A DNA stretch of 64,000 nt, taken from contig UYFQ01000032.1 of assembly GCA_900617105.1 (NCBI GenBank), forward strand, positions 744,001 to 808,000, read 5' to 3'. This DNA is from Hydrurus foetidus (Eukaryota). The position numbers and the translations under genes are program-made. This document shows positions 30,535-39,581 of the stretch, piece after piece. The notes below the pieces were generated by a model, which was given only the letters and a program-made list of their open reading frames with translations, searched no databases and was not told the origin of the DNA. The stretch's first letter is position 1. The number at the start of each line of letters is the position of its first letter.

Positions 30535-32280
30535 ATGCTGCGACTTTCTGAACTCAAACTGACTTTGGCACAAGCCGAAGCCCCCGATGCGCCTTTGCTG
30601 GCTATAGCCGCCAAACTGCTGGGCCTTGACCCCAGCAGCATCGCCCATCTGCACATCTTCAAACGCAGTTTTGATGCCCGCAAGGCAGATTTGCAAGCCG
30701 TCTACATCGTTGATATTGCGCTTGACCCCAGTATTGACGAGCTTGTACTGCTACAAAATTTAAAGAGTAGCCCGCATATTCAACCCAGCCCCAACATGAC
30801 GTGGACAGCACCGCACCAAGCCCCGGTAACGTGGTCGGTGGACTGGCCGGCTGAAAAGCCTCGGCCTGTGGTCGTCGGTTTTGGCCCCTGTGGCATCTTC
30901 GCGGCGCTGGTGCTGGCGCAAATGGGCCTGCGCCCCATCGTGCTGGAGCGCGGCAAAACGGTGCGCGAACGCACCAAAGACACCTGGGGCTTGTGGCGCA
31001 AAAACGTGCTGCACGCCGAATCCAACGTGCAGTTTGGCGAAGGCGGTGCGGGCACGTTCTCAGACGGCAAGCTCTACAGCCAGATCAAAGACCCGCGCTT
31101 TCTGGGCCGCAAGGTGATGGAAGAGTTCGTCAAAGCCGGTGCGCCGCCTGAGATTTTGGTGGCTGCGCACCCGCACATCGGCACCTTCAAACTGGTGAAA
31201 GTGGTGGAAAACCTGCGCGAACAAATCACAGCGCTGGGCGGTGAAATCCGCTTTGAGCAGCGCGTGGTGGATGTGCACATTGAAAAAAATGATAGCAACC
31301 CCAGCTTATCAAACCTGCGCGAACTGACTGTTTTAGACCAAAAAACAGGCCAAACCTACACCCTGCGTGCTGACCACGTGGTGCTGGCGCTGGGCCACAG
31401 CTCGCGCGATACCTGCACCATGCTGCACAAGCGCGGTGTCTACATGGAAGCCAAGGCGTTCTCGGTCGGCTTTCGCGTCGAACACCCGCAAGGTTTGATC
31501 GACCGTGCCCGCTGGGGTCGCCACGCGGGCCACCCCATGCTTGGCGCGGCGGATTACAAACTGGTTCACCATGTGACGAGCGGCGTGGGCCAGGGCAGGT
31601 CGGTCTACAGCTTTTGCATGTGTCCTGGTGGCACCGTAGTGGCCGCCACCTCAGAACCCCACCGCGTCGTGACCAACGGCATGAGCCAGTACAGCCGCAA
31701 CGAACGCAACGCCAACGCCGGCATTGTGGTGGGCATTGACCCCGCCGACTACCCTACCGACCCACACGCTTTTGAGGCCGCGCTGGGCGGGGATTTCACC
31801 GGGGAAGCCACAACCAATCACCCGCTGGCAGGCATCGTCTTGCAGCGCCAACTTGAATCCCACGCCTACGTGCTGGGCGGGGGCAACTACGAAGCCCCCG
31901 GTCAACTGGTGGGTGATTTTGTGGCGGGCCGCGCGTCCACCCAACTCGGCAGCGTGGAGCCGTCGTACAAACCCGGCGTGCTGATGGGCGATTTGTCCAG
32001 CGCCCTGCCCCCCTACGCCATCGCCGCCATCCGCGAAGCCATGCCCGCGTTTGGCACAAAGATCAAAGGCTTTGACCTGCACGATGCGGTGTTCACCGGC
32101 GTGGAAACCCGCACCTCATCACCACTGAAGATGACCCGTGGGGAAGACTTCCAAAGTCTGAATGTGCGCGGCCTGTACCCGGCGGGGGAAGGCGCGAGCT
32201 ACGCAGGCGGAATTTTGTCGGCGGGGGTGGATGGGATCAAAGTGGGTGAAGCGGTGGCGCGGGCGGTGTTGGGAACGTAG
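30535..32280 (+). CDS. NAD(P)/FAD-dependent oxidoreductase (uncharacterised FAD-dependent dehydrogenase family)
   Basis: VVGFGPCG Rossmann motif, FGEGGAGTFSDGKL, SFCMCPGG, GEGASYAGGI. Confidence 0.9.
   Translation: MLRLSELKLTLAQAEAPDAPLLAIAAKLLGLDPSSIAHLHIFKRSFDARKADLQAVYIVDIALDPSIDELVLLQNLKSSPHIQPSPNMTWTAPHQAPVTWSVDWPAEKPRPVVVGFGPCGIFAALVLAQMGLRPIVLERGKTVRERTKDTWGLWRKNVLHAESNVQFGEGGAGTFSDGKLYSQIKDPRFLGRKVMEEFVKAGAPPEILVAAHPHIGTFKLVKVVENLREQITALGGEIRFEQRVVDVHIEKNDSNPSLSNLRELTVLDQKTGQTYTLRADHVVLALGHSSRDTCTMLHKRGVYMEAKAFSVGFRVEHPQGLIDRARWGRHAGHPMLGAADYKLVHHVTSGVGQGRSVYSFCMCPGGTVVAATSEPHRVVTNGMSQYSRNERNANAGIVVGIDPADYPTDPHAFEAALGGDFTGEATTNHPLAGIVLQRQLESHAYVLGGGNYEAPGQLVGDFVAGRASTQLGSVEPSYKPGVLMGDLSSALPPYAIAAIREAMPAFGTKIKGFDLHDAVFTGVETRTSSPLKMTRGEDFQSLNVRGLYPAGEGASYAGGILSAGVDGIKVGEAVARAVLGT
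30749..30790 (+). repeat. Weak or partial copy of the coding-embedded motif
   Basis: GCT ACAAAATTTAA AGA GTAGCCC GC; right arm and final GC imperfect. Confidence 0.4.
31279..31345 (+). repeat. Coding-embedded dispersed motif copy (in the FAD oxidoreductase)
   Basis: ttg AAAAAAATGAT AGC AACCCCA GC TTATCAAACCT GC ... TTTTAGACCAAAAA; left GCT mismatched. Confidence 0.6.
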
Positions 32281-32881
32281 CGGCGATGATGGTTTCGTTA
32301 GGCTTGAGCCGATGCAACGCCACGTACTGCAACAGCATGATGGTTTTGGCATCGCAGATGCGCCCATCGTCCACCATCGCCAGCGCCTCGGGCAGGGGCA
32401 GCTCCAGCACCTGAATCTCTTCGCCCTCGTCTGCCAGCCCTCCCCCGTCGCTCACTTGCATGGCGCTGTCGTATTCGGCCACAAAAAAATGCAGGCGCTC
32501 GGTGACGGAGCCGGGGCTCATGAAGGCTTCAAAAACTTTGTGAACGACACCCAAGCGGTAGCCGGTTTCCTCTTCCACCTCGGCGCGGATGCGCAACTCA
32601 GGCGCTTCGTCGTCGAGCAAGCCTGCGGGGGCTTCGATCAGCAAATCGGGGTAGCCCGTGACGAAAGCAGGGTAGCGAAACTGCTTGACCAGCAAGACGG
32701 TGCCTTGCGCCACGTTGTACGCCAGCAGCACCGCGCCGTTCCCACGGTCATAGGTTTCGCGGCTTTGGCGCTGCCATTGGCCGTCAGCACGCTGCCAATT
32801 GAAGATGGTTTTTTTGAGCACGTACCAGTCATCAGACAGGGTGGTCACTTGCTCAATGTGGATGCGTTCGCTTAAGTTCAT
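32237..32881 (-). CDS. nudK: NUDIX hydrolase, GDP-mannose pyrophosphatase NudK-like
   Basis: LSDDWYVL, RETYDRGNGA, Nudix box AGLLD...EVEEETG, FMSPG, DAKT. Confidence 0.85.
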   Translation of the reverse strand: MNLSERIHIEQVTTLSDDWYVLKKTIFNWQRADGQWQRQSRETYDRGNGAVLLAYNVAQGTVLLVKQFRYPAFVTGYPDLLIEAPAGLLDDEAPELRIRAEVEEETGYRLGVVHKVFEAFMSPGSVTERLHFFVAEYDSAMQVSDGGGLADEGEEIQVLELPLPEALAMVDDGRICDAKTIMLLQYVALHRLKPNETIIAATFPTPPAPPLHPL

Positions 32882-32959
32882 GGCCGCGATGATACGTGCA
32901 ACTTAACGCAAAAACAATTAATTTCATGCAAATATTGCTGTGTTTGCTATGCTGGAGCC

Positions 32960-33727
32960 ATGCTCACCTCCCAACGCAAACAACACATCCTCCAGCAACT
33001 CGCCCGTAACGGGCAGGTGATCGTCACCGAACTGAGCGCGAGCTTGGGCATTTCAGAGGACACCGTGCGGCGCGATTTGCGCGAACTCGACGGGAGCGGC
33101 TTGCTTCAACGTGTGCATGGCGGCGCACTGCCAGCCTCCAAAGCCTTGGCGGACTTTGCAACCCGTGAAACGCTGGTGCCCGACGAAAAGCGGGCGATCG
33201 GTGCGGCAGCCGCCCGCTTGGTGCAACCGGGGCAGGTGGTGTTCATTGACGGTGGCACCAGCGCCGTGCAGATGGCCAGTCAGCTTGACCCACAACTGCG
33301 GGCTACCGTGGTCACGCACAGCCCGTCGATCGCACTGGCGCTGCTGGGCCATGCAGGCATTGACGTGCGCATGGTGGGTGGCCTGCTGTTCAAGCATTCG
33401 GTGGTGTGCGTGGGCGCTGAAGCGGTAGAGCAAATCGCCCGCATCCGTGCTGATACCTATTACATGGGGGTCAGCGGCATCCACCCGCAAGCGGGTTTGT
33501 GTACCGGCGACAGCGAAGAGGCCAGCATCAAACGCCTGCTGATGGCGGCATCGGCGCAAACGGTGGTGCTGGCATCGTCTGAAAAACTGGGTGTAGGCTC
33601 CCCGTTTTGCGTCGCACCGATCACGGCGGCGCATACGCTGGTGGTGAGCGAGACAACGCCTGCGGACGTGCGGGCGGTCTATGCGGCGCTGGGCTTAAGT
33701 TTGGTGGTGGCTCCGCTTGCCAGATAA
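32960..33727 (+). CDS. DeoR/GlpR family transcriptional regulator
   Basis: ISEDTVRRDL HTH, RVHGGA, IDGGTS; divergent from nudK. Confidence 0.93.
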   Translation: MLTSQRKQHILQQLARNGQVIVTELSASLGISEDTVRRDLRELDGSGLLQRVHGGALPASKALADFATRETLVPDEKRAIGAAAARLVQPGQVVFIDGGTSAVQMASQLDPQLRATVVTHSPSIALALLGHAGIDVRMVGGLLFKHSVVCVGAEAVEQIARIRADTYYMGVSGIHPQAGLCTGDSEEASIKRLLMAASAQTVVLASSEKLGVGSPFCVAPITAAHTLVVSETTPADVRAVYAALGLSLVVAPLAR

Positions 33728-33763
33728 CATCGGTCAAAAAACTAAACCAAAAGGAGATTGCGC

Positions 33764-33988
33764 ATGAAAACTGCTTTACCAATAGATGCACAACTTGCCC
33801 CACCTCTTCGGAAAGAGGCAGACATGGCAGGCAACGATTTGAGTCAAGTGATGCCGACAGTTTGGCAAGATTGTGCAATTCATCAGGCAGTTCGCCAACA
33901 ATGGCTACAGTTGGAAAACCGCTGCTTGGCATCTACGGCGCAGCTAAATGGCTGGCAGTTCGACCGTGATGAAGCCAATGAACGCTAA
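33764..33988 (+). CDS. Small protein, probable orphan or degenerate antitoxin
   Basis: AAGGAG RBS, 74 aa, C-terminal WQFDRDEANER resembling antitoxins that precede PIN toxins. Confidence 0.45.
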   Translation: MKTALPIDAQLAPPLRKEADMAGNDLSQVMPTVWQDCAIHQAVRQQWLQLENRCLASTAQLNGWQFDRDEANER

Positions 33989-34002
33989 GAGCCATTCAGC
34001 GC

Positions 34003-34788
34003 CTAACCACAGCGCGGCCCTCTGAACACCGCCGCATCCGCATAAAATCCAGCCTCCTCATTCGCCGCCCACCAACCCGGCACGCCCAGCACAGGCAGCG
34101 GGGCGAAGGGCTTGGTGGCGAGGTGCTCAGCGCTTAAATCCGCCGCCAGTGCCGCATCCAGCGCAGCCATGTCAAAGCCTTCATTTACTCCTGTTTTCAT
34201 AGCTGATGTAGCCCTGTAGACGTGCGCCACCATCGGTTTTCGTGGGGAAACCAGCTTTTCAAGCAAGGCATGGCCGAACAGCAGCAGGTGCGCCTCTTGC
34301 CACAGGGGGCGCAGCGTGACGAACAAGCGCTGCCAGTCTTTGGCGATCAACGCCTCCCACAGCGCGGGTGGGGCTTGCAGGAAGGCGGCGTTTTCGTCGA
34401 ACAGCGTGAGCGCATCGCGCACCGGGCCGCGCACGGACTGGATGCCTGCGGACTTGATTTGCGCGGCTTGCAGCTGGTTCAACCGCCGCTTGGTGGCGGG
34501 GAAGTGCAGCCAGCACAAGCCATTGAAAAAGTCGTGCAAGCCCTCACGGGTAGGGCAACAGCCGCTATGGAAAATATAGTCTTCGTAGGCTTGGTTGGCA
34601 GGTAAATCAGCCTGGGGGACGAAGCGGACGGGTGCGTTAGGCGCACCGTTCAAGGCGTGGGGCAAGGGTTGACCTGAACGCCATTCACGTTCAACCGCTT
34701 GACCTAATTGCTGGTAGGGATGCAGCCAGGGTTCCGCCCAATCACAGACGGGGAGGCTGGTGGGAAGCGTCAACCCACCACTCTCCAC
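34003..34788 (-). CDS. DUF3025 family protein
   Basis: [42 protein letters not shown]; downstream of pyrC. Confidence 0.85.
   Translation of the reverse strand: MESGGLTLPTSLPVCDWAEPWLHPYQQLGQAVEREWRSGQPLPHALNGAPNAPVRFVPQADLPANQAYEDYIFHSGCCPTREGLHDFFNGLCWLHFPATKRRLNQLQAAQIKSAGIQSVRGPVRDALTLFDENAAFLQAPPALWEALIAKDWQRLFVTLRPLWQEAHLLLFGHALLEKLVSPRKPMVAHVYRATSAMKTGVNEGFDMAALDAALAADLSAEHLATKPFAPLPVLGVPGWWAANEEAGFYADAAVFRGPRCG
34186..34242 (+). repeat. Coding-embedded dispersed motif copy (antisense in DUF3025)
   Basis: ACT CCTGTTTTCAT AGC TGATGTA GC CCTGTAGACGT GC GCCACCATCGG TTTT. Confidence 0.7.
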
Positions 34789-35837
34789 GGCAAGGCTTCG
34801 CCCGAGCGCAAAGGTTTCAACTCAGCTTCGCCAAAAGCAAAACTCTCTGGCGGCGTCCAGCTTTCGCGCTTCAGGGTGATGGTGCCGGTATTGCGTGGCA
34901 GGTTGTAGAAATCGGGGCCGTTGAAGCTGGCGAAGGCTTCCAATTTGTCCAGTGCGCCAGCAGTATCGAAGGCTTCGGCGTACATCTCGATGGCGGCGTG
35001 GGCGGTGTAGCAACCGGCGCAGCCGCTGGCGTGCTCTTTCAGGGCTGCGGGGTGGGGGGCGCTGTCGGTGCCTAAGAAGAATTTGGCGCTGCCACCGGTG
35101 GCCGCCTCGACCAAGGCGACGCGGTGGGTTTCGCGCTTGAGCACGGGCAAGCAGTAGTAGTGGGGACGGATGCCGCCGGTAAAGATGGCGTTGCGGTTGT
35201 ACAGCAGGTGGTGGGCGGTGATCGTGGCGGCAGTGAAGCGGTCAGCGTCACGCACGTAGTGGGCCGCTTCTTTTGTGGTGATGTGCTCGAAGACGATCTT
35301 CAGCTCAGGGAAATCACGGCGCAGCGGGATCAATTGGGTGTCGATGAACACGGCTTCGCGGTCAAACAGGTCGATGTCAGGTGAAGTGACTTCGCCGTGC
35401 ACCAGCAACAGCATGCCTTCGCGCTGCATGGCTTCCAGCGTCTTGTAAATCTTGCGCAAATCGGTGACACCGGCATCGCTGTTGGTGGTGGCACCGGCGG
35501 GGTAGAGCTTGGCGGCGACGACACCGACAGCTTTGGCACGCTGGATTTCGTCGGGCGGGAGTTTGTCGGTCAGGTAGAGCGTCATCAGCGGGTCGAACTG
35601 CACGCCTGCGGGAACGGCAGCTTGGATACGGGCTTTGTAAGCCAGCGCTTGCTCTGCGGTCGTCACCGGGGGCTTCAGATTCGGCATGATGATGGCACGG
35701 GCGAACTGGGCGGCGGTGTGGGGGACGACGGTGGCGAGGGCAGCACCGTCGCGCACATGCAAGTGCCAGTCGTCGGGGCGGGTAATGGTGAGCTCGGTGG
35801 ATGTATCGGTTTTATGGAGGGACATAGATGGGTTCAT
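34770..35837 (-). CDS. pyrC: Dihydroorotase (homodimeric type)
   Basis: [38 protein letters not shown]. Confidence 0.97.
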   Translation of the reverse strand: MNPSMSLHKTDTSTELTITRPDDWHLHVRDGAALATVVPHTAAQFARAIIMPNLKPPVTTAEQALAYKARIQAAVPAGVQFDPLMTLYLTDKLPPDEIQRAKAVGVVAAKLYPAGATTNSDAGVTDLRKIYKTLEAMQREGMLLLVHGEVTSPDIDLFDREAVFIDTQLIPLRRDFPELKIVFEHITTKEAAHYVRDADRFTAATITAHHLLYNRNAIFTGGIRPHYYCLPVLKRETHRVALVEAATGGSAKFFLGTDSAPHPAALKEHASGCAGCYTAHAAIEMYAEAFDTAGALDKLEAFASFNGPDFYNLPRNTGTITLKRESWTPPESFAFGEAELKPLRSGEALPWRVVG

Positions 35838-37424
35838 TTAGAGTGCGCCTTCAGGCACAAATTTGCTCAGCAGCCACACTTTAAAGCGCAGCCACGCGGT
35901 GGTTTCGGGTTCTTCGTGGTGGACGATATTAGTGCGGGGATCGCCATCACCGTCTTCTTCGGTCCATTCCACAGATTGGCCGTCGGGGCCAAGTTTGACG
36001 TGGTAGGCGCTGGCGTGGTCCATGCGAGGCATGATTTGGGCGACCAGCTCTGGGCTTTCGATAATCAGGCCCAACTCGGTGTTGAGGGTGGCGGAGCGGG
36101 GGTCGAGGTTCATCGAACCCAAAAACATGGCTTTGCGGTCAACGACGGCCATCTTGACGTGCAGTGCACCGCGTGAAGCGCCAAAAAAGCCCAGCCGCTT
36201 GCGTTTAACCGTCAGCGTAGGGCTGATCTCATGCAGCTCAACACCCAGCCTCAGCATCTCGGGGCGGTAACGAGCGTAGGCCCCATTGACCAGCGGCTCG
36301 TCACTGGCGGCGAGGGAGTTGGTGTAGACGACCAGATGGATGCCCGCTTTGCGCGCCTCTGCAATGGCAGCCATGCCACCCTCACCGGGCACAAAGTAGG
36401 GCGAAACCATGAAAACCTCTTTGCGGGCAGAGCGGAACCAAGTCACCACGGCTTCATGGACGGTGCCTTCAATCGAGGTTTCGTTCAGGCCATCGGTTTT
36501 GGTGAGCGGGTCAACCAGCATCCGCGCTTTGCCCAAAACCAGGGGCTTGAGCTTTCGCTGTGCCAGCTCCTCGGGCAAGCTGACCAAAAATGCCAACTCC
36601 GGTGCCAAAGGTTCCATGCGGGTCATCGTGCTGGCGTTGGCGGTGAGCTGCGCAAACTGGGCGCGGGACTCGTCTTGCGTGAGGCTGGTCGGGACGATGG
36701 TGACGATGGGGTAGGCGTGCTTGCTGTTCCAGTAGCGGTCAAACGCGCTGGACAGGTCGCGCACCACGGGGCCGACAATGAAGACATCCAGATCGACGAA
36801 GTTACTGCTGGCAGAGCGCATGAAATACTCGTCGCCGATGTTGCGCCCACCTGCCAGGGCGACCACGTTGTCAGCCACGAAGAGCTTGTTGTGCATTCGG
36901 CGGTTGACACGGGCGAAATCAGCCCCTGCCGTTAAAAATCGGGTTAACACGCTGGAGCGCCCCGAGACGAAGGGGTTGAACAGGCGCACCTCAACATTCG
37001 GCTGAGCGGCCAAACCGTTCAACAGCGCATCTTCGCCAACGGTGTACAGGTCGTCCACCAGCACGCGCACACGCACGCCACGTGCCGCAGCTTCACTGAG
37101 TTCACGCATCAGGTGGCGACCCGTTTCGTCGCCTTGCAGCAGGTAGTACTGCACATCCAGGCTGCGTGTGGCGAGCCGAATCAACTCCAAACGGGTTTGG
37201 AAGGCGGAATGGGCTTCGGGCAGCAGGCGAAAGCCAGAACGGCCTGCACTTTCATCCGCGTCAAGCACTGGGGTGACGATGGCGGCAAGCGGGGTTTGAG
37301 CGTAATCGGTGATAGCAACCGACGCCGGGCGTACCGGATGGTGTGGCAGGCTGGAGCAGGCGGGCAGCAACACGGCCAAGGCGAATGCCCACAATGCCCG
37401 ACGCAGGGTGAAAAAATCAAACAT
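35838..37424 (-). CDS. Phospholipase D family lipoprotein (ClsC-like)
   Basis: Two HKD motifs (HNKLFVAD, HVKMAVVD), GSMNLDPRS; lipobox-like LPAC. Confidence 0.9.
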   Translation of the reverse strand: MFDFFTLRRALWAFALAVLLPACSSLPHHPVRPASVAITDYAQTPLAAIVTPVLDADESAGRSGFRLLPEAHSAFQTRLELIRLATRSLDVQYYLLQGDETGRHLMRELSEAAARGVRVRVLVDDLYTVGEDALLNGLAAQPNVEVRLFNPFVSGRSSVLTRFLTAGADFARVNRRMHNKLFVADNVVALAGGRNIGDEYFMRSASSNFVDLDVFIVGPVVRDLSSAFDRYWNSKHAYPIVTIVPTSLTQDESRAQFAQLTANASTMTRMEPLAPELAFLVSLPEELAQRKLKPLVLGKARMLVDPLTKTDGLNETSIEGTVHEAVVTWFRSARKEVFMVSPYFVPGEGGMAAIAEARKAGIHLVVYTNSLAASDEPLVNGAYARYRPEMLRLGVELHEISPTLTVKRKRLGFFGASRGALHVKMAVVDRKAMFLGSMNLDPRSATLNTELGLIIESPELVAQIMPRMDHASAYHVKLGPDGQSVEWTEEDGDGDPRTNIVHHEEPETTAWLRFKVWLLSKFVPEGAL

Positions 37425-37515
37425 GGGCCAAGTCTACCGGCTGGCCTTGAACCATGTCACCGGCTGTACGGACTTCTACCGCTCGATCCCTTGGCGCTTG
37501 CTGGGCAAACGCAAG

Positions 37516-38793
37516 CTACGCCCGCAAGATGGCCAGTTCTTTTTCGGCAATGTCGATGCGCACGCCCCCTTGGGCTACCAAAATTTTGGCCAACTTGTCC
37601 ACCTCGTCCCCCACGGCACCGGCCATCATGGCGATGTTGTGGGAATGCAGTGACATGTGCCCTTTTTGAATGCCCGTGGTAGCCAATGCCTTCATGGCGG
37701 CAAAGTTTTGTGCAAGCCCCACAGCGGCAATGATCCTGGCCAGTTCGCTCGCGGATGCCACATTGAGGATTTTGAGCGCTGAGCGGGCCATCGGGTGAAG
37801 CTTGGTCGCTCCGCCCACCAACCCAACGGCCATAGGCAACTCAATCACACCGGCCAAATGGCCTTCAGAGGTGACCTCCCAGCTTGATAGGCTGGTATAC
37901 CGACCACTGCGCGAGGCATAGGCATGGGCACCGGCCTCCACGGCGCGGGTGTCATTGCCCGTCGCCAAGACGACCGCGCTGACACCGTTCATGATGCCTT
38001 TGTTATGGGTGGCAGCGCGATAAGGGTCTGATTCGGCAAAGTGGTAGGCCAAAATCATGCCATCACGCACCGCTTCGCCGCCGATGTCCTCTGCACGCCA
38101 AACGCAGCGTGCTCTTGCGAGGCGGCGGTCGGCCAGATTGGAAAGAATGCGCAGATACGTTTTTCCACCCGTCCATTGCGCAATGAAAGGCGCGAGTTTT
38201 TCCGCCATCGTGTTCACGGCGTTGGCACCCATCGCATCCAGGGTGTCCACAATGATGTGGGTAACTACCATCGGGCCAGATTTGGACTGAATCACCCGCA
38301 CCTCCAGATCCCGAAATCCGCCGCCCAACTTGATGAGCAAGGGATCACAGGCATCGCAAATGGCACGAATGTCTTCCTTCTTCTCCAGAATGCACATTCT
38401 GGCGTGGGTGGGATCGGAAACATGCACCAGCTGAATCTGGGCAATCATCTGTGTGCCCGACATGGAGGTTACAAACCCCCCGTTGTCGTAGGCTTGCCTT
38501 GCCGCGTTGCAAACGGCGGCAACCACGGATGATTCTTCCGTGGCCATCGGCACCAGCACATCTTTGCCATCAATCTTCATGTTGGTGGCAATGCCCACGG
38601 GGATCGTCATGGTGCCCACGAAGTTTTCAATCATGTGGTTGCCCACGTCCTGCGGTAAATTGCCGCAGTTGCTCATCAACGCTTGGTCTGATGCCTCCAG
38701 GTGTGCCAGTTTGGCGATCAATGCAATGCGTTCAGGGACGGTTTGCTTGTGAAAACCGGAAATCCGGCTGGATGTGAGGGCCTGGCTCATCAT
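37516..38793 (-). CDS. mvaA: Class II HMG-CoA reductase (degradative type)
   Basis: SRISGF, ATEESSV, DAMGAN, THNKG, GNDTRA, QKGHMSLH catalytic motifs. Confidence 0.93.
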   Translation of the reverse strand: MMSQALTSSRISGFHKQTVPERIALIAKLAHLEASDQALMSNCGNLPQDVGNHMIENFVGTMTIPVGIATNMKIDGKDVLVPMATEESSVVAAVCNAARQAYDNGGFVTSMSGTQMIAQIQLVHVSDPTHARMCILEKKEDIRAICDACDPLLIKLGGGFRDLEVRVIQSKSGPMVVTHIIVDTLDAMGANAVNTMAEKLAPFIAQWTGGKTYLRILSNLADRRLARARCVWRAEDIGGEAVRDGMILAYHFAESDPYRAATHNKGIMNGVSAVVLATGNDTRAVEAGAHAYASRSGRYTSLSSWEVTSEGHLAGVIELPMAVGLVGGATKLHPMARSALKILNVASASELARIIAAVGLAQNFAAMKALATTGIQKGHMSLHSHNIAMMAGAVGDEVDKLAKILVAQGGVRIDIAEKELAILRA

Positions 38794-38861
38794 GGTTCCT
38801 TTGGAATATTTGAATTTTGAAAACTTCGAAAAACGCTGTGAACTTTGAAACGGCGCGGGGT

Positions 38862-39581
38862 TCAGTGCTTGCCCAGATAGGCTTCGCGTACTGAAGCGTC
38901 GTTCTGAACCTCTTTGGCAGTGCCAGATGAAGTGATGAGTCCGTTCTGGAGCACGTAGGCTCTGTCGGACACTTTGAGCGCCTGATTGGCCATTTGCTCG
39001 ACCAAAAGAATCGTCACGCCCTGATCCCGCACGCGCTTAATCACGCCAAAGATTTCCTTGACGATCAGTGGTGCCAGACCGAGAGAGGGTTCATCCAGCA
39101 GCAGCAGCCGAGGGCGTGACATGAGCGCCCTGGAAATCGCAAGCATTTGCTGCTCGCCACCGCTCAAGGTGCCGGCCAGTTGGTTCTTGCGCTCACGCAG
39201 CCGGGGAAAGGTTTCGTACTGCGCCTCAAGATCGCGCTTGAGCTCAGGGTCACGGGCGCTGCGCAGGAAGGCGCCTAACAAGAGGTTGTCCTCCACCGTC
39301 TGGTCAGGAAAGACTTGGCGACCCTCGGGGGACTGCGAAATACCGGCACCCACCCTTTGGTGCGAAGGCATGCGGGTGATGTCACGGCCATCCCAGATGA
39401 CCGAGCCTCCAGCCGTGGGTTCAAGACCCGAAATCGCCTTCATCAGGGTGCTTTTCCCCGCGCCGTTGCCCCCGATGATGGACACCACTTCTCCGGCATT
39501 CACCGTCAAGCTGACCCCCCTCAAGGCGTTGACAGCACCGTAGTTCACGGCAAGGTTGGAAATATTTAGCATCACGGTCAT
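38862..39581 (-). CDS. LIV-type ABC transporter ATP-binding subunit (LivF-like)
   Basis: GGNGAGKS, LSGGEQQM, LLDEPSLGLAP. Confidence 0.93.
   Translation of the reverse strand: MTVMLNISNLAVNYGAVNALRGVSLTVNAGEVVSIIGGNGAGKSTLMKAISGLEPTAGGSVIWDGRDITRMPSHQRVGAGISQSPEGRQVFPDQTVEDNLLLGAFLRSARDPELKRDLEAQYETFPRLRERKNQLAGTLSGGEQQMLAISRALMSRPRLLLLDEPSLGLAPLIVKEIFGVIKRVRDQGVTILLVEQMANQALKVSDRAYVLQNGLITSSGTAKEVQNDASVREAYLGKH

Noticed and set aside
38806..38850. TTGAA/TTCGAA repeats between livF and mvaA
   Set aside because: Short, irregular AT-rich repeats that cannot be distinguished from chance.
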